Shown piece after piece: positions 52,581 through 64,000 of a stretch of 64,000 nucleotides of DNA. A program made the translations under genes and the position numbers. Origin of the DNA: Marsupella aquatica (Eukaryota; Plantae; Marchantiophyta); the NCBI GenBank assembly GCA_973895155.1, contig OZ316893.1, positions 19,658,857-19,722,856 on the forward strand. The letters are read 5' to 3'. The first letter of the stretch is position 1. The number at the start of each line of letters is the position of its first letter. A model generated the notes under the pieces. The model saw only the letters and a program-made list of their open reading frames with translations. It was not told where the DNA came from and searched no databases.

Positions 52581-55500
52581 ATGCCATCACGACGGCCGCA
52601 ACGTGAATCGGGAACTACCCGCGTACTGTCATGGTATATGCTTTGTCATAACACTTAAACTCATTCCGCCAGTCAGCAACAAATCTCTTCAATCAATGAC
52701 GTAACATCTGATGCCTCTTTACTTTCTCACAATCTCCCTCATCCATGCGTGTATGCATCCATCGTGCTAGCTTTGTGTGAACGACTCGTCGTGGTCTCTG
52801 TAGGTTCGTTCTGAGAGGGAGAGAAAATTGAATGATTTTCTGAGAGATCGACCGGGCATTGCTGACTCAGCAATGCGACACTATAGGATATTTGTGTATC
52901 CCATTCTATTGTGTCTGGAGAATAGCAAAACTGCAATGCTGGTCCGAGAGTGTAAACAGCAGTACCTACATTCGCATTGTCAGTTTTTAAGTGTGAACAG
53001 TCAAAAACTTGTTTGCACCCTCTGTCTCGCGCACGCAGAATCTGAAGGATTCAAAGTTCTGTCGCAGGAGACTTTTCGAGTTGTCGGGCCATAAGATACC
53101 ACTCAGAAACCTTAATTCTTGACAGATTCTGTCATTAGATAAGTAGGCGGTAGACAGTAGGCCGTAAATCCTTAACTCCTTCGTACGTGATTGCTGTCGT
53201 TGACCTCCGCGCCACTCCATCCCATCGCATCCCGTTGGAGATGATTCGTCTAATGCTGTTGGATTCTTCTCAGGGAGATCGTCAGTGAATGTTTGTTTTG
53301 TGTGGCGTGCAGGGGGGCTGGGGAAGATGGGCAGCTTGGGTTAGACGATTCGGAGGACAAGCGTTGGGCGAGCTGCGTGGACGCCCTCTCTGACGTGCCG
53401 AATAGAGGGGTTGTCGCGGGGAGTCGCAATTCCCTGGCATTTAGCGACGATGGGCAGGTGAGTCGGATTCGCTCGCAAGATGTGGAGTGTGGCGTCTCAC
53501 CATTGTCGCTGCTGATGATTTGTGCACAATTTAAATAAAAATAACCCTGGCTGTGCTGAGCACGGTTTTGTTCTAGGTCGTACAACTGACTTCTCCATGC
53601 GCATTCGCTGGTTGTCTCCATCGCTTTCTTAGTACCATCTCTGTTGAGGTTTTCCTGCCGTCTCTTTCTAGCTTCCTCGTGCCGGGGGTTTATGAAATCT
53701 TGAGCCCGTTGCTTCCTTATGCTTCTGACGTTCCGGACTAGCAAATGACTAGTCTTCCGCGGCATGCTAGGCATTTTCTGTAGTTCATCTCTGTCGAAGT
53801 TGGTGAGAAAGCTTTTGCTTCACACGGAGGAGGCCGTGTAGCTCATTTTGTAACGTCCTCCAAGCGCTGTTGTTGCAGTTTTGCGCTTGTCGTAACTGAG
53901 ATTGACTCTTGTGCTCATGGCAACAGGTGTTCACTTGGGGATGGAATCAGCGTGGAACGCTAGGTCATGCCCCTGATCAGAAGACGGAATACACTCCAAG
54001 CGAGGTAAAATATATTTGCAAGAATCGGGTGCAACGATGTCGCACCATGGTCCCGAGGAATCTTCATAAGCTTCGATGAGAACGCTCATTCTTGCCTTCT
54101 TTTGATCGCAATTTCTTGACAATCAGGCCAGCCGCGATGTGATAACCTACATTTTGAGCGTTCCACGATCCACCTCACGAATACTTCTCGTCGGTCACGT
54201 GTGCAGGTGAAAGCGCTGTCAGGTACAAGAATAGTTCAGGTGAGCCACTGGGGACATGCCGACTGGTTTTGCTAGCTGTACAAAGGTTCTTGTGCAAGAA
54301 ATGTACTGTTGTCAATAGACAATGCAGACTAGTTGGATAGTAGGTGGATGACTTTTACCACCGAGCTTGCTTCCATTATTTATCTAAGGCCAGACGTTGG
54401 TAATGCGACAGGCTGCTATAGGAGGATGGCATTGCCTTGCTGTGGACGAGGCAGGGCGAGCTTATGCTTGGGGTATGTGTTTTTTGTTTCGACTTTTACC
54501 TTCTTTTACGCATGTCTCAGTCTTTACAGCAGGCCTCGCCATCAGTAGAAACTGTAATATTGTGTGTGTGACAATGTAACACCCCTTCTGATTTAGTAAA
54601 ATCGTTTGTATATTGTAATCAAAAATTGATTATGTTTTGATTCGAAGGTGACAGCGTGGAGTTGGTAGTTCTGTCCTCTGTGAGCCCTTTTTGAATTTTA
54701 CTTGATCTCCGTTGTAAGGCTAGTGGAATCTAATAATTATTGATCACTTGCGCTTGCAAGGGTTCTTGGATAAGCAGGTGGCAATGAGTATGGCCAGTGC
54801 GCTGACGAAGCGGACGGCAAAGATGGCAAAAAGTTGAAGCGAGACATCCCAGTTCCACAGCGATGTGCCCCTCGTCTTCGTGTCAAGCAGGTAGTATTCA
54901 TTCCATAAACGTGAATGGGACGATAGCCAAGTCCAAGCCGTGATTTCATGACATGGCCACAAATTTATTTAGTTTTCCTTCTGCAAACACATTTGTGGTT
55001 GTCTCATTTGCTCGAGGTTTTCACAATTCACTTCTTCATGGGACTGACTAGCTGAAATGGGACTGCAGGTGGCAGCAGGAGGCACTCACTCGGTTGTGCT
55101 GACTCAAGACGGTCAAGTATGGAGTTGGGGCCAGCCTTGGCCACCCGGTGATATGTAAGAATCTTAATTAACAATTCGACTTCGTATGCTCGTCGGACAT
55201 TGTTAGCAGAAAAGTCTCCGTGATATTCGCTTCCTGATCGCTAACCGTCAGTATTCACATAGTAAACAGACACTTTTTGTGGTCAAAGATATGAAAAGCT
55301 TACTGCAACCGCCGGTTGTTACTGTATATCAGCTATGTCTGCAGAGCACTCCCCTATTTTTCATCCTGCCGATGTCCTGGTGAAGGGCCATCTTCTCACA
55401 CCATTGGTTCAGAGTTGGCAACAAAGTCAACCGTATTGATAGGCTTCTTTGCAGCAAATCGTTTTTTTAAATTGAAGTACGACGAGCGATTACGCAATGT

Positions 55501-57032
55501 GACTGACACTTTCGGTCGACATGTCTCTTGTGACAGTAAGCAGATTGCAAAACCTGTGAGAGTTCAAGGCCTGAAAAACGTCAGGTTAATTGCGGTCGGT
55601 GCATTTCACAATCTGGCCCTGCTGGAGTCCGGGCAAGTGTGGGCCTGGGGAAACAACGAATATGGACAGCTTGGGATCGGGGACACACAACCACGTGCTT
55701 TACCAGATCTTGTGAAGAAGCTTTCTGGACTTGTCCTGGTTGATACCCTCTCGCTCTCCTTGGACCTCCTTGGATTCATTTGTTTGAAAATCAATCAGAT
55801 GCTCGACTAGTACTCGCTTTCCTAGGACCCTTGCTTCCAGTAATGGAGGATTGAAGTTTATGAGATACGATTGTCGGACTTGCTTGGAAGGCGTAAATGA
55901 TCGTGGTGGGTTTGACAGAGAATTATCTCTATACAATCTGAGATGCGAGCCTTGTTGTGTTTGGTTATAGGTTGACATAGCCGCAGGTGGATGGCACTCA
56001 ATGGCCCTGACTGCTACTGGAGAGGTTGGTAAACCTTGTACCTCATGTGTGTCTAGACTTAGTTTGAGCAATAAGCAGTCTAAGTTGTGAAGAACCCTTC
56101 ATGTTTATCACTGAGTGTGAATAGTTTCAGTTACTTTCAGCTGGTTTCTTCTATATCATCGAAAGGTAGAGCACAGATTGATCTAGTTGACCAGTTATGA
56201 ATGGGAATCTCGAGGACTTGGATTTAGGTGGGAACTCTGTATGCATACAGGTATATGGATGGGGAAGAGGTGAACATGGCCGGCTTGGATTTGGTGAAGA
56301 TAAGAGTAGTAAGCTTGTTCCAACCCAAGTTCAACTTCTGGCCCATGAGACGATCATTCAGGTCAGATAGTTTTGTCCCTTTATGAAAGGTCAATTGCAT
56401 TGGGTGTGAGCGGTTTCTTCGGAAGTCCTCTTGAAGAGCCATTGCGTTCTGGAGTTTAAAGCAGGCAGTGTTTCTTTGCAGATCTCATGTGGAGGGACAC
56501 ACTCTGTGGCCTTGACTGAGGACGGCCGCATGTTTGCTGTAAGTTATTTGCTTGAGGTGTATTTTACCCTACACAATCTTTTCGCAACTTGATGGTCTAT
56601 AGGAGATAGAAGATAACTTTACCAACTGATGATAGTGGGATTTCCCTATACTATCACGGTTCGGCGAACTGATTTCTTTATGATCTATTCAAAGAAAACT
56701 ACGCAACGATGAATACTTTTTTTTCATATGCACTCAAATCTATGGGCATCCTAAAACTTCATTCATATTAGTCTGACATTTCTAGATCGATGTACCAGTT
56801 TGGGCGGGGAGACCATGGTCGTCTTGGCGACGGTCGGCGTGTAACAACTGGACATCCCGGTGCAGTTGCTGTAAATTTGCCTCCTCCAGCAGTGAAGATA
56901 TCATATAGCAATGGAGATGGAGTCCATAAAGTATCCGGACAGGAGCCGAATGGATGCTGGCGGGTAAAGCTAGTAGCTTGTGGTGGTCAACATACTTTGG
57001 CTATTGCAGCTTGGGAATTTGCTGAAATGTAA
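52581..57032 (+). CDS. RCC1/BLIP-II repeat family protein (UVR8-like fold; resembles Arabidopsis AT3G02510/AT5G16040 type); 12 exons
   Basis: Exons 52581-52633, 53313-53457, 53927-54004, 54207-54239, 54412-54472, 54778-54890, 55069-55154, 55537-55738, 55971-56024, 56251-56361, 56482-56538, 56799-57032. RCC1 repeats: WGAGEDGQLG, WGWNQRGTLG, GGWHCLA, WGNNEYGQLG, WGRGEHGRLG, FGRGDHGRLG, ACGGQHTLA. Confidence 0.92.
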
Positions 57033-58767
57033 GGTTGGATGGCAATCAGCGAGTGGTCTGAGGAATGGACTGACGAGAAAATGCATACGTGTCTGTTTCA
57101 GCTAGTTTTGCATATGATATGAAGCCCTGTAGATTTGAAGAAAGTCGAAGAACGCAGGTCAAGATCCACTGCAAGACCGGTAGTCTTTAGAAATGGATTA
57201 TTTTGTAGGCTGCAGAGCCAAGGTCAATGTCAGTTGCGGTGAGGATATTCAATTTTGGGTTTCCAGGATGTATATATTTTTTGTAAAGAAAGTCCTAGCT
57301 GTAAATATAAGAAAGGCCTTTACTGTGGAAGATATATTGAAGCGTGCGGCAATATAAAATAAGCGAGGCTTGCATTCTGTACTTACTCTCCGAAGGGCTG
57401 GTTTGCATGAGGAACTTTAATGCTGAGGCTCAATAATTAGAATTTACGTTTCACTGTGGGCTGCTAGTTTGGTCTTTGTGCTATATCTTGAGGCACAATT
57501 GTGGCGAATTGCCTCAATTGGTCAAAGGACTATTGAATGCAAAATGGCATGCATCTGACTCTGGACAGCTCTCCAGTGTTCCCAGTACTCTTAAAAACCT
57601 CAGTCCAGTCTTCAAATCCGCTGGCAACTGTAAACCATTTACTGCTTACAAAATTGATGAATGTCGAAACGTCGAGAGGTTATTTGGAATAACGACACGA
57701 CAAGCACTAAGCTTGCCTAAGGAGGATAAGACAACGCACAAGGACAGGAGTCAAACACCCCAAAACAAAATTCCTCAACCATTAGAGAATACTTCAAATT
57801 TGAAAGAAATAATAAGAAATCTCTTGGGAGTATTTACAATGAAAATACTCATCTGTCCATGTGTCTGCAAGTCTTTATCACGAGTTCGCTCGAATGGTCC
57901 TTGTCTCGAGTATTGGGCCTTGTCTAGAGTATTGGCCCTTGTCTCGAGTAAAGTTTTGTGGATGCACGTTTGTGAAACCCAAATCCACAAACGATACCCA
58001 GTAGTCCATAAAGCTTACACGTGTTCTGGTTATATCGATCTGTTTACTCAACATTGGAATTCTGTTCCGTATAACTTATTCTACATTCAGGTAACATCAT
58101 CATTTATCCAAATGTCTATGAATTGTGCAAAAGGCTCGTCCGCTTGGCTTCAAGTTACTATTAAATAGGATAGCCTGATGACTAGCACTAATGGCTCCAG
58201 CAGAAGGTCCTCTGGCGAAGTAACCGGAAATGAGAGGAATTGGGTGTTGTCAAGGAATTGCTTTACCATCCAATTAGTTCGTTGACCAACAAGCCTCACG
58301 TCGAAAGAAAGAAAATATGATTGATCCAAATAATCTTGCTATTAACAGATACGACACAATCTCACATCTTCAAATCTTCAACTCTAGACGCTAGTGCCCA
58401 GAGGACATATGCACTGGACCTTTCTAGGTGCTCCTAGTTTCCATTACACCACTTTAACCTCGGAAGTGTGCTATAATTCGGAGCTGTAGACAGTTGGCGA
58501 GGTGCCATACAAGAGAAATTGAGGAGAAGTGCATAGACAAAGAGACCCATCCAACTGGCCAGAAACACTGCTGAGCGTGTTGGAATTCTCTTCACGCCCC
58601 AACATCAAAATGCTACCATCGGTACTTACGGAGTCACTCTAGCATAAATAAAGGGCAAGTCTGTCGAACTATAAGGAAGGACTTTCCCTCGTTTAGAACA
58701 AAACATGGACTTCCTTCATACCGCCCAGAAACGGGAACATTAATACTCCTTCACGTCCATTGTTCAA

Positions 58768-61070
58768 CTATGGGTAGGATGTCATATTAATGGTAGGGGT
58801 ACCACTCTTGTAGGTTTCCGAAGATCCTTGACTGGCCTTGACAAGTGAAAAATAGTAGATTTCACCGAAGAAGAGGGTCAGAAAAGTGAATGCAGCTCCA
58901 GCAGCGAAGACACTCTTACGCACTTCCTTACAGGTCAAACTGCTCTCGTCAAGGAAAGCAATACGCGTACTTGTGTGCACTTTGTTCAATGCTGCTCCCA
59001 CTACCAAACAGAGCTCTGCAACTAGGAAACAGAACCTGCAGGGAGACGATATCCTTCCCAGCATCAGAACATAGGCTCAACCCAACTCAGCTTTGTCGAT
59101 GTGACTCAACCTGTTAGCTTTGTATAAAAGACTACTGGTAGCCCGGCAAAGCACATTGCAGTTGTGGCAAAGCGGGGAATCATAAGAGATCTTCCTCGCA
59201 AAAGCAAAGGTTGAGTTCTCCGAAAGACAGATTAGAGAATAAGCGTTGTGACTCTGTGAGCCACGGTCTGGACGTTGTGAGCAGACTCGACTCCTGGCTT
59301 GGACGTAATGTCCGAATGTCTCTTCGTGCTGGTACTAGTGGACCGTGCAAGTCAGCAACATGGGCAATCTATTATAATAACCTCAATTACCGTTCTACAT
59401 TACTTCGTAGAGATGCTCAAAGTCCAAGATATGGCGGGTGGTACGGCACACTTACCATGACAAATAGAACGAAAGAAGTGCGCATGCTCGGGCTTTTCCT
59501 CTGCCTGCCCCTCCCCCACAACAAAAACAGCCCGTGGCTCCCATGATGACAACTTGTCCGAAAAACAGGAAGAGAACTGCACCTGTCGCCAAACCAGTTG
59601 CAATATCACTTGTGTACGAACAGTACTCATTTATTAGATCGGTAGTAACAGATGCCTGCACAAAAAAAAAACAATTCAGCAACGAAACGTGACACCGCCA
59701 AGGACTGAAAGGATGACTTCATTAAGTTGTTCCACAATGCTATGATTCCTAATTGGGTGGGTCTACGAGATAATGACGGGTCGAGGCCAATTCAAGTTTC
59801 TAGATCCACGGCTGATTTATCGCAGGTGCTTCCATGTCCCGTCCCATCATACCTCAGGAGCACTTGTTCTTGCTCACTTCCGAGGAAGAAACATTCATAG
59901 TTTTTGTAAACTGGGCCATTGACCTTTTTGATCGACAGCTGAGATCAACCGACAGCCGTTGGAAATTCAAAGATCCGCCTAAGAACTTGCGCGAACTGAC
60001 TATCGGCAAGAATATCCGTGGCATTCACGAAGAACGAAACAAACATCACCTCAGAAGCAATCCAGGCGAATGGGTTCTCCTTAAGATATCATGACACGGT
60101 TGGGATCCCTGTCCCACCAGGTCCTAAGAAACCCATCTGGTCAAATCCCTTCGATTTACCACGACATTCGCAGCAATAGGCCACTGAAGAACCCAGGCAA
60201 GACTTGAAATTGAATCACAGGACCGGTGCCCTCCGAGAGCGGTTCGATGGAGACCAAGGACGTGAAATCTCCCTCAAGAACGCATGAACAGTCCACGTGA
60301 CAGCGGCACCAAACTGCTACGGTCAAAGAGGATGCTACAGGTTGAAGCTTCCAAGCAGATCCGCGTACTTGGGGTGCAATTGAATGTTCAAGTATTTCAT
60401 CGAAGAGGAGTCTGGAGAGCCATTAGTAAGAACGACTACTCGATTTGGCGATATAAGATGTACCACCACTTGGCTGGCTGGATTACCGGCACGAGAAGAG
60501 AGAAGTGCAAATACCAGGTGGATCCGAGAGACGGTCCACCCAATGTCATTACGACAATGCACATGTAATATAGCTAGGCGAGCTCTCTCGCGTACGAGAA
60601 CTGACACAACAGGTAGACTTCCTGTGAATCGGCCTTGTAGCTGACGAGTTGACTCGTGCAAGAAAGGGATTAAAGAACTCCCTCTTGCCGAAGCTTCGAC
60701 CTCAGCCGAGACAAACACAAATCTGAGGGAGCTGCGGCTGGAAGAGGAGATACAGAAGCCGATGTCGCATCTATGACTCCATTAAGACTCCATGCCTCTC
60801 GTTTCGAAACACGTATGAGACAAGACCAAACCCATCAATTTGATGGAAAATGTGACTATCAATCTAGAGTGCGGAACGCAAAAGAAGTTATGGAAACAAT
60901 GCACCACAACGCGAAAGGTGCTGTCGTCGAGGGGAAGCGCAACAAAGCAACAGGAGCGGCAGGAAACAACAAACCGTGCTGCGTCGAGTCATTGCACCAA
61001 CAGCGAGGCCGAATGCGATGAGCTCCAGCACGAAAGTAGTGGTAATGACCATCCATGACGGCCCTCTCAT
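58768..61070 (-). CDS. DUF1218 family membrane protein (MODIFYING WALL LIGNIN/Fb34-like); 3 exons
   Basis: Exons 61070-60975, 59655-59456, 59035-58768. Motifs LIAFGLAVGA..RRST, YCSY.SD.ATG, GCFCCG, SW..FLVAELCL..GA, C..RKSVFAAGAAF. Confidence 0.9.
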
Positions 61071-61848
61071 TGTGACAAACCCGAATTCAACAGCTGGAAC
61101 CTGCACCAGTTGAAAGAGATTGCAGTAGGACACTCCTCAGCTGATCGGATCCTTTGTCCCAAGAGCAGGGGCAGACGATGGACGTCAAGATCGTCTCCTC
61201 GCGCGATCTAGTAGGGCCTCCTCCTCCTCCCCAATCACGACGACAACCACTCGTTCGTCCAAATCGAGACCAGCTCGATAGACTTTCTCTCACATTATCA
61301 TGCGACTTCACGGCCCTCTCCTGCTCCTCGTCAATCGTTCGCCTTCCTGCTCAATGCCTGGACGGATCTGAGCTGGCTCCGTCTGCCGGGACAGAGCGCG
61401 AACGCAATGCAAGCAACGTAATGTACAAATGCCCCCTGGCTACCTTTCGGCCCGATGAAATGCTCCCGGCTAGTCTGCACCCGGACTTCAAAGCGATCCA
61501 AACAATCGACAATTACGGCAGAAGCTCGTCAAAAAATTCTCAGAACGCGATGAAAAGCCGCCTCCAAGGCATGCATGCAGCGAACTCCTCGTGCTGCAAA
61601 AGACGCAACCGGACTACAGTCTACAGAATTCAAGGAGCGGGAAGAGCGCGAGAGGCCTGGCCTCGTGAAGAAGCAAAAGAAGAAGGAAGGAAGTATTTCA
61701 GGAGGGAACAGGGCAGGTAGATTAAGTGGTGTGTAGGTCCCGCCGCACTCATGTGACGAACGCCAACGTAGAAAGATCGGGAATCAAGACACAGCCAAAA
61801 AGGGCAAAAAGGCGGAAACCTCTCCGAAGGCAGAACCACGCACACACA

Positions 61849-62252
61849 ACCAACAACTGGCTTTGGTCAGTTGGCCGGTCAGTTGGCCAGAGGATGAGCC
61901 TAGAACGGAGAGGTCCCAGGTTCAATCCTCCCTCCACACCCCTCTCCTCCCTCCACACATAAGGGGTGTGGAGGGTATGTGTGTGTGGGGTGTAGTGGTG
62001 GGAGTATTGATTATCTCCTCAGCCCTGGTTGTTCACTTTGGGTTCTGGTTTAATCCTCTCTCCCTCCTGGTCTGGGTCCCTGTCGGATCCCTGGGTATTG
62101 TCCCCTTGTGGCTGCCTTACATAGAAATGCATGCTCCAAATCATCCCTGGGTATTGTCCCCTTGTGGCTGCCCTACATAGAAATGCATGCTCCAAAGCAG
62201 GACGTCTATCCTCTGTTGTTGGATGGGTCTGCTTTCGGTTTTCAAGGCAAAA
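61849..62252 (+). mobile_element. tRNA-derived SINE, copy 3, with an internal ~56-bp tandem duplication
   Basis: A-box-like GGTCAGTTGG (doubled), B-box GGTTCAATCC and 3' end TTCAAGGCAAAA. 17-bp TSD AGAACCAC(G/A)CACACACA at 61832-61848 and 62253-62269. Confidence 0.85.
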
Positions 62253-62649
62253 AGAACCACACACACACACACACACAAGCTCTCTCGCAGTGATGGCAGC
62301 GATGGCAGTGATGGCACAGAAAGAAGCACAAGTTGAGAGCTTGAGCGAATGGGGCGTACGATGAAGAGAAGTGGGACCAGCCTGATTGAATCTCTCGAAC
62401 TCTCAAAGTCACTCGAGCACATGAAAAGAGAACATGGCGAGAGCAAAATAATTGCGCCTCAGCGCGACGATAGTCATCGATGATCGATTATTGGCTGTGC
62501 TTCAAATTGCAGGGGAAGATGAATTGACCATGATCAAAGTACCCATCTTGCCTTCTAAGCTCATTATCCGGCCGGTTAATTGCAGGTATCCTGTTCTTCC
62601 CTTTTATTTTACATGGAATTAGAGCTTTCTAATCTCTGTTAAATCGTGT

Positions 62650-63060
62650 TAACATAAGCTACTTCAAGGACTAGAGTAAGGTAGGACTAGAGGTCTGGAG
62701 TGAAACCTCTAGACAATATCTCTAAATAAGGACAATATTGAACTCCAATAAATAAGGACAAAGTGGTGAACATAAGCTATTGTACTTCAAGGGCTAGGGT
62801 CTAGAGTGAAACTGCTGGACAATAACTCTAAATAAGGACAGAATGAGGGTGAACAAAGAACAAGATGGGCCATATATGAAGGAGAGATAACACGGAATTC
62901 TTTCTTGTGCAAGATTTTTTTTGTTTTCATCTTTATTTAGGCTCAATGGTTATCTATATAACTAATGCTAACACAAGCTAGAGTTGGGGCCTTGATTTCT
63001 AGACTGAAAACTCTAGACAGTAATTCTAGATAAAGACAAAACCAACAAGGACAAAGGTGA
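62650..63060. repeat. Degenerate tandem/dispersed repeat (3 units)
   Basis: GGTCT(G/A)GAGTGAAAC..CT(A/G)GACAATA..TCTAAATAAGGACA recurs at ~62692, ~62798 and ~62998; a reverse-complement match lies near 34495-34525. Confidence 0.65.
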
Positions 63061-63189
63061 AAGTGAAACGCATACCAAAAAAGCAGGGATGCGCAAAGAT
63101 GAATGGAAACAACATAGATTCTTTTGCAAACCTTTTTTTGTTTTTGCGTCTTAATTCTATTTATGTTAAGGATGGGTAATCAGGCTAGT

Positions 63190-63617
63190 TTTTTCTAAGT
63201 GCACAAAGGTTAGCGTCTTAATTCTATTAATGTCAAGGAAGGGTAATCAGGCTAATCTTTTCTAAGTGCACAGAGTTTTGAAACCATTTTGCTAAAAGAC
63301 AACTTGGTATGCATCTCTCCTTGATATGTGTCTATATACACTTATAGGTAAACACACATTTATTGATAAATGCATGCCTATTCTTAGTAGAGTTAGAAAT
63401 GCACTAAGTGAACTTGGGCACAGAGTTTAGGGCAGGGATACAAGGTATGAGGCTGCTCACTGACGGAAAGGCCCTTACACATTTAACAAAGCTATGTAAC
63501 GATGTACACTTATCAATAAGTGCACTTTTTACGGGTGTGCACTTATCAAAGCACACAACACTTTATTTAGTGCATGCTATATCCGTCTTCTTGAGACCCT
63601 GCACTTAGAGAGAGTCA
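63190..63617. mobile_element. Element rich in TAAGTGCA/TGCACTTA motifs (same family as 22450-23284)
   Basis: Left TTCTAAGTGCAC (duplicated) and right TGCACTTAGAGAGAG, matching the right end at 23268-23284. Confidence 0.5.
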
Positions 63618-64000
63618 ACAGTGTGTTCTGTGCGTGGTCCCCTGGCCCCCGGCGTTCTAAAGGTGGGCACCCGGAACACAGGTTTCTGGCTTCGGCAGTC
63701 GGTACTGTACTCTACTCGATACTGGACGGGTGGGCTGTACCGTGGCATTACGTCGCAGTGAGTTCGGCACGCTGCGAAAGCCCACTCGAGCTATAACTAC
63801 CGTAGATAGCTCTAACTAAACTCGCACAATGCCCAATTTATCACCCTCTCTCACTCTATCGGGGTGCTGCTATAAAGGAATTAAATAACCGATATGGGAT
63901 TCCGCTCCTACAGCGTGCAAGACTGACTGCGCGCCGTAACGTAGCCCAGACCGCTTCACCCTGACTGGCACCTGCACCCTGCTTAACCTAACCCGACCCT

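Noticed and set aside
52581-57032. UVR8 photoreceptor call
   Set aside because: It lacks the repeated GWRHT tryptophan motifs and the C27 VP motif, so it is a generic RCC1-family protein.
57476-58168. 230-aa ORF
   Set aside because: Non-ATG start, no recognisable domain, lies between convergent 3'UTRs and includes a 19-bp tandem repeat.
61154-61720. 188-aa plus-strand ORF
   Set aside because: Antisense to the DUF1218 5' leader, non-ATG start, no domain.

Overview
This is intron-rich land-plant nuclear DNA, not prokaryotic. A bryophyte or liverwort origin is my impression only and cannot be proven from this window. I assembled six complete multi-exon genes by hand from GT-AG junctions and reading frame: ILP1/GCFC splicing factor (+), PLAA/DOA1/UFD3 WD40-PFU-PUL protein (-), plastid ClpP5 (+), RAD6-type E2 UBC1/2 (+), an RCC1-repeat protein (+) and a DUF1218 membrane protein (-). 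A probable DMC1 5' end sits at the left edge (-). The intergenic DNA is a mosaic of small non-autonomous elements: a tRNA-derived SINE family (3 copies, two with TSDs), a copia-type solo LTR with a 5-bp TSD, a Tourist-like MITE, elements rich in TGCACTTA motifs just upstream of genes, a 50+60 bp higher-order tandem array, and a ~5x tandem multiplication of a promoter/5'UTR block. No CRISPR array, rRNA or intact tRNA was found. Most short ORFs in the supplied track are intron or antisense noise.
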